DNA of 64,000 nt from a virus (taxonomy: Duplodnaviria > Heunggongvirae > Uroviricota > Caudoviricetes), in IMG/VR virus record IMGVR_UViG_3300037088_000797, positions 64,001 to 128,000 of that record, one strand, 5' to 3'. The notes beneath the pieces are model-generated. The model was given only the letters and a program-made list of their open reading frames with translations, ran no database searches and was not told the origin of the DNA. This document shows positions 29,801 through 36,999 of the stretch, one piece after another. The position numbers and the translations under genes were made by a program. Every line of letters begins with the position of its first letter. Within the stretch, counting starts at the first letter, position 1.

Positions 29801-32800
29801 ATCATCAATCCAATATTCATTTTCTCCAATATGACTTGCATATTTCTGTTCGATTTTTGGAAGATCAGCATCAACCCAATGGTTACCACCATCGACCCAT
29901 TCAATAAATCCACTATCACGAACCTGATCACCATTAACGGCAAACACACTATATGTGTGATCTCCATCCTGATAATTTCTTATAAATTTCTTATCAAGAT
30001 GATGTGTAGTAAGGTCTTGCTGAATATCTTTTTCAAATTCAGGAAAATTTTCTTCATTTAAGTCCCAGAAATCATATGCAACTTCTTCATCAAGATCATT
30101 AAAGTCATCTGGTGATTTATCAGGCATTATTGGCACTTTGCTACCATATTTATTACGAATGTGTTGTTCTATATCGCTTGGTTTATAATCTAATAATTTT
30201 CCGATCTCACGTGCTTCTTCTGGAGTTTTATCTTTAAGATAACCTTCATTGTTCTTTGCAAAATCATATAATAAATATGCTTTAACCTTATCAGTATATA
30301 TAATTGCCATCATTGTTAGACGTGAAGTCATTCTTGTGGGAATTACACCAATTTTTCTTTTTTCAAGTTTTTGAGCAATTTCTTTATTAATTTCAAGAAA
30401 AGCAACGCCTCTTTTTCCATTTAAAATAGACTTAATTGCAGCAATATCGCTACGCATTTCTTTTGCATTAACTTCTTCGTTAACTTCTTCTTTTAATGGC
30501 TTAATGTCCACAGCATTAATGTCACCCCAATTACATTGAGCACTTGTGTTACCCAAGCCACCTAATCTACATTTCTTTTTAATTTCAACAGTACTGCTAC
30601 CTTCCATAGAAGATAATTTTCTTTCTTCATTCAATTCTTCTGATGATATATCAACAGCATTGATTGTTGCCACTTCTTTATTAAAAAAGGCAACTATTTT
30701 ATGATAACCATCAATTAAAATCTTATCAGAAGTACTAATCACAAAATAATCATTTAAATGCTTTTCAATATTCTCTTCATAGTATTTTATTGTTTCTAAT
30801 TGTTCTTCTTTCGTATTATCAATACTATCTTCAATTTCGCCATTATTATAAAACAAATAAATGTCCTTAACGCTTAATTTTTTTAATTCAAAATATGTGT
30901 TATTATATTCATCCGTTGTAATAAAATTCCATAACATTTCATGTTTATCGGGCATTTCAGGATAAACCTCAGATAGTTTAATTTTATTTACATTTTGTAC
31001 TTCTTCAGACATCAAATATTCATCTTTAGTAGCATCGTCAACATGATTATATTCTAAATCTTCTTCAATATTTGTATTTGCGTTTATATCGTTCTGAATT
31101 GAAGGAGAATTATCAATATTATTATGTGCAGGAAAATTATCTTGACCCATTGCATTATCGGTTGAAAATTTTGCGCTACCATCTTCAGGAAGATAAATAA
31201 TATCTTGTGCCATCATTGTTGGTTCATGTGCTTTATAACCACCAACATCAAAAAATTTCAACACCCCGTTTTGATATCCCAAGTTACCTGCATTACCATA
31301 GTCATCTGACTTAATACCATATTTACGTAATTCTTCTTGTATGTTAATTAAATCAATTAAATAGTCATATGTTGATTCTCTGTCTTCAGCAGAAATATTT
31401 AATTCTGGTTTATCACTTATTAAGTGTTTTGCAACTTCACCTACTTCTGCAGATGATTTTTTACGCATCATTAACAAGATATCAATATAATTCAATCCTG
31501 CAGGTTCAATTGTGTCAATTGTTTTCATGTATATGAAAAATTCTGCAGTAGGTTTGTCCTTAACGTTTTCCTGAAGAATTGCAAAGAAAGCGAGTTGTTT
31601 TACAGTATCAATTATTTTATAAAATGAGAATATTTTAGCAATATACTTTGGCTGTTCATTTATTAATTTACCAGCAGCATCTGCTTCGCTCTTATCTGCA
31701 GTTATTTTCAATATTACATTATCGTTAATTGTGAATGCATGACCATTTGAACCACCATCCATGTATACTGGTTCTGCCCCAAGATTTATTTTTTTTGCAA
31801 AAGCACTTGCCAATTCAGTTGCATAGTTTTTATCTTCTAATGTAAACGGTTTAACTGTTTGTCTTGAAGGATTTGTTGCTTCATTAATTTCATATTCTTC
31901 TTTAAGAAGCGGGTCTCTGTCATAATATTTATTTTCAATAAGCCATTCTTGAAGCGTCAATAAATTATTATAAAATTTCTTTTTCTGTGGAACACGTTTC
32001 AATACTTCTTTAAGATTGTTTACCACATTATGAAATTCATCAAGAACATACGGTGCGCTCGGTAATTTCTTTGGATATTTATCTCTGGCAAGTACAAATG
32101 AAATAAAACCTTCATTAATGACACCACCACCATCACCAACACCATAAGGCATTTGCGCCCACATACCTCTACGAGTATCGATTGCATCTTGTGGTGGCAT
32201 ATCTGAAAGTATATCATCATTACCATCAGCACAATTAAACATTTCATACATCTGATATTGTTGCTTTCTTTTTGGACTATAATGAGTATTATAAACTTCA
32301 TCAGTTAATCCATAATCACTAAGAACAATTGTTGGTTGACCATCACGAAAAACCTCACCATAGGTACTTGCTCTACCCAAATCACCTGCAGATATCGAAT
32401 AATTTGACATTATGTCTTGTAAATCAGTGACAAATTCATTATCGTTTAATAATTTTTCAATATCTACATCCAAGCCAAATATATTTCCACCACCTTTAAT
32501 TCTATTTTCATGATTTCTAAGAAAATAAAACAATTCATTTAAACTTGGAATACCTGTTAATTGTTTAATTCTTGCTTCGCTTACTTTTTTTGCTTTCTCC
32601 GCAACAATCCAACTACCATTATTATCGGATTCTAAAACCTTTGTAACAATATAATGTGTGTCTGGATATCTACCAATATTTATTTCTGCGTCATTCTGAG
32701 CAACACCCTTGGCGTTCTTAGCTAATTTGAATACCTTTGTGCCATCAATATCGTAAACAATTCTACCACTACCAGCACCAAGTTTCAGAAGGTTTTGATC

Positions 32801-32878
32801 GGCATATATAATTTTCTGTCTAAAGGACTGTATTTCTTCAAATTGGTCTAAGAAATTTAAGAATTCATCGTAAGTCAT
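26813..32878 (-). CDS. 2021-aa polyvalent protein: kinase, kinase, ParB/Srx, zincin-like, CCA-adding nucleotidyltransferase, Acb1-like 2H phosphoesterase and several unknown modules
   Basis: Kinase 1 LGAGSGRIVY..KVFKLAK..DL..DYG; kinase 2 GGSNGHAF..LKIT..D.GNAGN..FFDVG; ParB LIDGYHK; LLHERTE; CCA GGAVRDEILG..KDLDI, DLERRDFTINA, DDPLRMLRA; 2H EPHLTILYG / YHAHITIAY. Confidence 0.85.
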   Translation of the reverse strand: MTYDEFLNFLDQFEEIQSFRQKIIYADQNLLKLGAGSGRIVYDIDGTKVFKLAKNAKGVAQNDAEINIGRYPDTHYIVTKVLESDNNGSWIVAEKAKKVSEARIKQLTGIPSLNELFYFLRNHENRIKGGGNIFGLDVDIEKLLNDNEFVTDLQDIMSNYSISAGDLGRASTYGEVFRDGQPTIVLSDYGLTDEVYNTHYSPKRKQQYQMYEMFNCADGNDDILSDMPPQDAIDTRRGMWAQMPYGVGDGGGVINEGFISFVLARDKYPKKLPSAPYVLDEFHNVVNNLKEVLKRVPQKKKFYNNLLTLQEWLIENKYYDRDPLLKEEYEINEATNPSRQTVKPFTLEDKNYATELASAFAKKINLGAEPVYMDGGSNGHAFTINDNVILKITADKSEADAAGKLINEQPKYIAKIFSFYKIIDTVKQLAFFAILQENVKDKPTAEFFIYMKTIDTIEPAGLNYIDILLMMRKKSSAEVGEVAKHLISDKPELNISAEDRESTYDYLIDLINIQEELRKYGIKSDDYGNAGNLGYQNGVLKFFDVGGYKAHEPTMMAQDIIYLPEDGSAKFSTDNAMGQDNFPAHNNIDNSPSIQNDINANTNIEEDLEYNHVDDATKDEYLMSEEVQNVNKIKLSEVYPEMPDKHEMLWNFITTDEYNNTYFELKKLSVKDIYLFYNNGEIEDSIDNTKEEQLETIKYYEENIEKHLNDYFVISTSDKILIDGYHKIVAFFNKEVATINAVDISSEELNEERKLSSMEGSSTVEIKKKCRLGGLGNTSAQCNWGDINAVDIKPLKEEVNEEVNAKEMRSDIAAIKSILNGKRGVAFLEINKEIAQKLEKRKIGVIPTRMTSRLTMMAIIYTDKVKAYLLYDFAKNNEGYLKDKTPEEAREIGKLLDYKPSDIEQHIRNKYGSKVPIMPDKSPDDFNDLDEEVAYDFWDLNEENFPEFEKDIQQDLTTHHLDKKFIRNYQDGDHTYSVFAVNGDQVRDSGFIEWVDGGNHWVDADLPKIEQKYASHIGENEYWIDDVFMIKPADFEAILLHERTESFIIRHYGYEYDDAHEIANKIEMMFRKNIPNGANRAIAEKIYDTFVKTFKPEKSKQKHEPANESINEVLTEGNIRVPNYDHTGWITPDNKFIESDVHLAYLVRLYPDIKSQNEIYNRAYNDGYTRIIFNKGEIGNILDIHAPTEERLKEVLLDAYSSSLGGESYIYTDIGDEEHSKHQNFQLPTDKEDLDNFLYSNKRMRKMIYEGQIMGLNYLPFREDVEEAGGKIYSVGGAVRDEILGKESKDLDILITGIPFEQLEQILGKYGAVNAVGKSFGVLKFKPKGATEDIDIAIPRTETPTGEGGHQGFDVKSDHALPIEKDLERRDFTINAIAKDIDGNIVDPFGGQEDLKNKVIKVVNPQAFSDDPLRMLRAVQFASRFGFTIEPETMKMIQENAERVKEIAPERILTEFDKIVKKGNILTGAILLDETGLLKEIFGKGLYYDFRNTKEPFDKVRTIGEFVYLLSKNLVNDPAEFYKTNLKGDENAYREIKALQIAFESREATNLVEARSVAHNMYVISPTSLQSQILPNVIKTAAQELLQGKYPKSVNELAINGNDLMQLGLQGKAIGDMQKSLLLKVYSNNAMNNKEDLLSLAKQEKPMIKEEHAEGLGWRKYSNRKLYFGSPSGMMMVVLNNIVFDKETNTYLIEMRPLDNKFRGDIWTTNMTEEQLVEFIDNGRVDYNHPINGSHVRLTTIEKYDALQNARNTVGFANAKEIKEETSERIEYGCLMLFLEVPIWSKITSVVDLDDLYIKGDDYGVEKEPHLTILYGFHDEVTPEQVFELYKSKMPLKPIEVKISGISVFENPDFDVVKFDVNSDLLAKVNGIMRELPNTTKFPDYHAHITIAYVKKGEGKKYIKPFEKERILKGDELVYTWKGRRGKDGEILNLNDDGLLKEFSYDTLEPEKKDIWNINGQEVGIPFFVEKYDIWNQDGYKDPSTASVLEFFQNNYEDLTHDEHLKKELLWALTDRELLNE

Positions 32879-32901
32879 GCTGTAACTATTTATAGTATGT
32901 T

Positions 32902-32910
32902 TATAAATAC
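32902..32910 (-). promoter_or_regulatory. putative late promoter motif GTATTTATA upstream of the polyprotein
   Basis: 24 nt upstream of ATG 32878, just downstream of a terminator. Confidence 0.6.
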
Positions 32911-32922
32911 AAAGTTAACACG

Positions 32923-32951
32923 AAAAAAAAGCGCAATTAGAGTTGCGCTTT
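32923..32951 (-). terminator. intrinsic terminator overlapping the stop codon of 32937..33623
   Basis: Stem aaagcgcaa/ttgcgcttt followed by U8 on the minus strand. Confidence 0.7.
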
Positions 32952-33623
32952 CTTTGCTTTATTTTTATCTGAAATTTCTTTGATTACTTCGAATATCACC
33001 CCTCTGATCATTTCCTTGTTTTCAGTAAGCACTTCTTTTATTCGTTCAGCAGCATACATTTCAAGTATTGTGCCTTTGATTGCTTCCTCTACGACAGGAC
33101 CGAAATTATCAATCAGGTAATTGTCAACTATTTTCTTCACGTTCTCAACCAAATAACCTTCATTAAGCTGTTGTGCAGGTACTCCAAGAGGCGCACCTTG
33201 ATTATTATATTGTTGTTTATTGCCACCACCAATATATGGTGCAATTGATTCAGCAAGTGTTTGTTTGTTTTTTGCCTGAAGATCAATAAACATTTGTTCT
33301 TCTCTTTCAGGTGACATGTCAACTTTAGTGTTTGTTGGCTGTATTGGCATACGTGTCGATTCTCTTTCAACTGGAGTTTCATTAACATTGTGACGTACTG
33401 TTTCTTTGTTTTTAACTGCAACTTGATTTTCAACTAATTTAATTAATTTGGTTGCCTCTGTTTGAAGACCAGTGTTATATGATTGCATTAATTCATATAA
33501 GAATTTATCTCTCGGAGCAACATTGTTAACAACATTTCCATTTACAACTGTTGATGTATTAGTTCTTTCGTTCTTTCGAGAAGCTATTTCGGTTCTAAGT
33601 TTATTTAAATCAGGTTTTGCCAT
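32937..33623 (-). CDS. hypothetical helical protein, possibly head/scaffold-associated
   Basis: Preceded by the late motif (33646-33654); contains LNEG and LVEN motifs and a Q/N/P-rich linker. Confidence 0.55.
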   Translation of the reverse strand: MAKPDLNKLRTEIASRKNERTNTSTVVNGNVVNNVAPRDKFLYELMQSYNTGLQTEATKLIKLVENQVAVKNKETVRHNVNETPVERESTRMPIQPTNTKVDMSPEREEQMFIDLQAKNKQTLAESIAPYIGGGNKQQYNNQGAPLGVPAQQLNEGYLVENVKKIVDNYLIDNFGPVVEEAIKGTILEMYAAERIKEVLTENKEMIRGVIFEVIKEISDKNKAKKAQL

Positions 33624-33655
33624 TTTATAAAATTTTATATTTTTTTATAAATACT

Positions 33656-34564
33656 CTAATCTTTGAAAAAAGTCTTTCTAATCATAGGAATATTTTCATT
33701 TTCTCTAAACATTGGTGGATTTTGTGGGGTTTGCTTCTCAGCAAGACCTTTTACCATCCTGTCTTTTTGATTTTTAGCGAACTGATCTTGTGCTGCTTTA
33801 TTCACTGGTGTCTTCATGACAAGCCTGTTGTATAAGTTAATGAGATCATCCACATAAGCATTTTGTGGAAAATTGGCTTTTGTTCTCACATCCTGCAAAT
33901 TATAATTATTTCTGTCATCAATTGCAACAAAGAAATCTGTGATAGGTTTTTTGTAAACTTTTTTTGCAATGTCAACCAGTCCAATAACGTCTTCTTTAGT
34001 AATCTTACGATTGTTCTTATTTGCGTTTTTATATTTTTCCCATCTTGGTGTTTTGGGTTTTGCTGTTGGTAATATGTTTTTCATTGGTTGTTTTCCACCA
34101 GTAACTGATGCAACAATACCGCCTGTCATATCAGCATCGTTTTGTTTATATCCGGGCGGAACTTGAACATTTCCCTTCTCGTCTTCAAATTTTTTATGCA
34201 TTGGTACAATTGAAGTTATTTTGTCAACAAGAAACAATCTCCAAGCAGGTTTTGTTACTCCATCATTATCAAGATCATATTCATGACCTTTTCTTTTTAC
34301 TCTTGGAGCATCAGGTCTTAGGCTATCACTTCTCCCTTTATCTTGCCATGCTCTAAGTGCTAAATTGCCAGTGGTATTTACTCCCAGCACAAAAGGTCTT
34401 ATTGTTCGATAACCAGTTTCTTTTGTTGTATCACCCTTATAGTATATATACAAGAATTCATGGTTGTTGATAGCATCAACAATTGTCTTATCACTAACGC
34501 CCTCTGTTAAGAGTTGACGGAAATGCCTAATGTTTTCGAACAATATTTTAGACTCACTAATCAT
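33656..34564 (-). CDS. WYL-domain protein with a long C-terminal extension
   Basis: IVDAINNHEFLYIYY.G.....GYRTIRPFVLG......ALRAWQ...WRLFLVDKITSI. Confidence 0.75.
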   Translation of the reverse strand: MISESKILFENIRHFRQLLTEGVSDKTIVDAINNHEFLYIYYKGDTTKETGYRTIRPFVLGVNTTGNLALRAWQDKGRSDSLRPDAPRVKRKGHEYDLDNDGVTKPAWRLFLVDKITSIVPMHKKFEDEKGNVQVPPGYKQNDADMTGGIVASVTGGKQPMKNILPTAKPKTPRWEKYKNANKNNRKITKEDVIGLVDIAKKVYKKPITDFFVAIDDRNNYNLQDVRTKANFPQNAYVDDLINLYNRLVMKTPVNKAAQDQFAKNQKDRMVKGLAEKQTPQNPPMFRENENIPMIRKTFFKD

Positions 34565-34803
34565 TATGCTGTACCTGCATCATATTGTTTGCCTTCTTGA
34601 TATTTGTTCTTAGCAATTTCACAGGTCCTTACTTTAATGTCTGTTTTGCCACCAATACTACCATTCAATTCACCTTTGCCTTCTTCATCACCTGTTGATA
34701 ATGCATCTGGATGACCAGTGTTATATTGATCATTATCATCATAGTCATTTTTAGCAATGCTGCATTTTCTGTATGGTAGGCTAACGCCTTCTAATCTACT
34801 CAT
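34564..34803 (-). CDS. small protein with an internal duplication
   Basis: RKCSIAKNDY..NDQY.TG and RTCEIAKNKY..GKQY.AG; late motif at 34836-34844. Confidence 0.6.
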   Translation of the reverse strand: MSRLEGVSLPYRKCSIAKNDYDDNDQYNTGHPDALSTGDEEGKGELNGSIGGKTDIKVRTCEIAKNKYQEGKQYDAGTA

Positions 34804-34847
34804 TTTTTTATATTTTAATTAATTCAATTATTTACTATAAATACAAT

Positions 34848-35618
34848 TTATTCGTCTTTTTTGAATGCCATTGTAATATATTCTATCAAATGTGGTACAA
34901 TATCTAAGAATTTCATTTCTTCAACATCATACCAACCATAGTTTGTGTTTTCTTCATTTAACTTAATATCTGTTGGTTCGCCATCATAACGACAAGCAAA
35001 TATGTGTTCAATACTATCTGGATTCTTTTGAATACTGAAGGACTTAATAAACTTACTGATATCCAAACCAGTTTCTTCTTTAATCTCTCTTTTAACTGCT
35101 TGCTCTGGAGTTTCATCTTTTTCAATCCCACCGCCAACTAATGCCCATTTACTTGGTTGCCATATCTTGGGGTCTGAACTTCTTTTAAGTAACAGTATTT
35201 TATTATCACCGTCTACAATTACTGCACAAGCATTTTTTTTCAGGTCTTTCTTTTCTTCATTCAGTCTGGGTGTCTGGTATGGTTTTAATTCTGAATTAGG
35301 ATTTGTTGCCATATCCTGTTTAACATTCTTTGTCATTTCAACACCTGCCCTGTCACTTGCCAATGTTGCTTCAATAAATTGTCTCATAGGATTACCGCCA
35401 GCAAGAGCATACTGCATCTTATCACCTGTTTGTGAATTAAAATAATCAAAGAAATTCTTCAGTCTTTTCATTGCCTGATAGGTTATAGCACCATTTTTAA
35501 GAAGATAATTAGCACGTTTAATGCCTTCTCCATCTGAACTCGATGCTTTTGCTATCTCAATACCTTTAAGTATGTCTGGAGGTATCCTATATTGTTTATT
35601 GTACAATTCTTGGTTCAT
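34848..35618 (-). CDS. two-domain protein: helical N-domain + Nudix hydrolase
   Basis: Complete Nudix box GGIEKDETPEQAVKREIKEETGL; N-domain G.KRA..L......T....KR...FF....YAL.GG resembles a module of phage head-associated proteins. Confidence 0.8.
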   Translation of the reverse strand: MNQELYNKQYRIPPDILKGIEIAKASSSDGEGIKRANYLLKNGAITYQAMKRLKNFFDYFNSQTGDKMQYALAGGNPMRQFIEATLASDRAGVEMTKNVKQDMATNPNSELKPYQTPRLNEEKKDLKKNACAVIVDGDNKILLLKRSSDPKIWQPSKWALVGGGIEKDETPEQAVKREIKEETGLDISKFIKSFSIQKNPDSIEHIFACRYDGEPTDIKLNEENTNYGWYDVEEMKFLDIVPHLIEYITMAFKKDE

Positions 35619-36315
35619 ATGTTTCTAAAATTTTCTCAATTTGATTTATTTGATCAAATCTAATTCTAAGTAAATTATAATTATTTGATTTGGCATATTC
35701 ATTTTTTATATTGTCATTAATTTTCTGTAAATTAAATTTATTTAAACCACCGAAATGATTATTCGGTGAAAAATGTTGTGCTCCATCAAATTCAATTAAC
35801 ACGTTGTTTTCAGGAAGAAAATAATCAAACGCAAGTTTATTAACGTTTTTACAATCATCAAACTTTTTTTCTCTTTCAAATTTTATTGAATTTTTCAATA
35901 AAAAATCGGCAATTCTTTTTTCGCCAATTGATTCATTACAACATGGACAACCACTTCCTTTTAAATGTGTGTTTGGTTTTTGAAAAAATGTTCCGTGTAC
36001 AAGACAAATAATATTAATATATTTATGCGCATCTATGTAATTAACCTCTGAATAATCATATTTTTCTCCATGAATTTCTTTTGCTTTAGAAATAAAATAT
36101 TCGGTATTTTTTCTTAATTTCATATCACCACATATTGGACAACCATGACCAGCTAAATGTGTATTTACTCGTTGTATAAATTCTCCGTGTTTAGGACATG
36201 TAATTACTATATTATCATGTGTTAATATAAAATCAACCAGATCATATAAATAATAATAATTATGAACAATATTTGCTTTTTTAATAAACATATCAATTGT
36301 TAATCTCTTACTCAT
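35596..36315 (-). CDS. free-standing endonuclease (CPKHG repeats + Vsr/DUF559-like domain), paralogue of 23922..24659
   Basis: ITCPKHGEFIQR..THLAGHGCPIC; LAFDYFLPENNVLIEFDGAQH. Confidence 0.75.
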   Translation of the reverse strand: MSKRLTIDMFIKKANIVHNYYYLYDLVDFILTHDNIVITCPKHGEFIQRVNTHLAGHGCPICGDMKLRKNTEYFISKAKEIHGEKYDYSEVNYIDAHKYINIICLVHGTFFQKPNTHLKGSGCPCCNESIGEKRIADFLLKNSIKFEREKKFDDCKNVNKLAFDYFLPENNVLIEFDGAQHFSPNNHFGGLNKFNLQKINDNIKNEYAKSNNYNLLRIRFDQINQIEKILETYEPRIVQ

Positions 36316-36956
36316 TACTTTCTTTCCAATAAATTTGCAAGTTTATCTTTGTCCTGTTGATCTAATTTACTTATAAGACCAGCTATTTTTTCAAGTTTTT
36401 TATCTCTAACGTCTTTATCGTCAGCTTTTTTTGACAATTCATCTTCAACTTTGTCAACAAGTTTATCTTCAGCTACGTTATCTTCAACAATTTCATTTTC
36501 ATTTAATGTTTCATCAATAGGTTCTTTAAATGCTTTTTCGAAATGTGGTTCAACGGCTTTAATAATTTTTCTTGCCCATGCAATATCTTCTTTCTCACAC
36601 TGTTCTGAATGTGTTTCACCTGCTGCATGTTTTCTGTAGTCTGGTTTTAAAAGATTAGGATTCTTATAATAATACTGTAAAGTATCTATACGTTTATCGT
36701 GCATGAGTTGTGCTAAGTCTTTCAATAATTCTTTCTGGCTTATATCTTCTTTACCTTCAAAGAATGGAAGTAATGTAAAGCCAAAACGACCTAACATATC
36801 GTATCTGAATGGTTGTTGAGCTTTTCCAACGTTCATATCGGTAGTGCCATTTGCTTGAGTATCTGCGTTAGCATCATTAGCTGGTACATCGTTCTTGCCG
36901 ATTAGTTCACCGTTAGAATCAATGATCTCAAATAATTGTATCTTTTTTATTTTCAT
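36315..36956 (-). CDS. hypothetical late protein, possibly head-associated
   Basis: Late motif at 36972-36980; LFE, LNE and IVED acidic motifs; helical C-terminus. Confidence 0.55.
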   Translation of the reverse strand: MKIKKIQLFEIIDSNGELIGKNDVPANDANADTQANGTTDMNVGKAQQPFRYDMLGRFGFTLLPFFEGKEDISQKELLKDLAQLMHDKRIDTLQYYYKNPNLLKPDYRKHAAGETHSEQCEKEDIAWARKIIKAVEPHFEKAFKEPIDETLNENEIVEDNVAEDKLVDKVEDELSKKADDKDVRDKKLEKIAGLISKLDQQDKDKLANLLERK

Positions 36957-36971
36957 TACTGCATATTTTCA

Positions 36972-36980
36972 TATAAATAC
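36972..36980 (-). promoter_or_regulatory. putative late promoter motif GTATTTATA
   Basis: 16 nt upstream of ATG 36956, at the boundary between replication genes and the accessory island. Confidence 0.6.
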
Positions 36981-36999
36981 TATTAAAAGTTAATATGCA

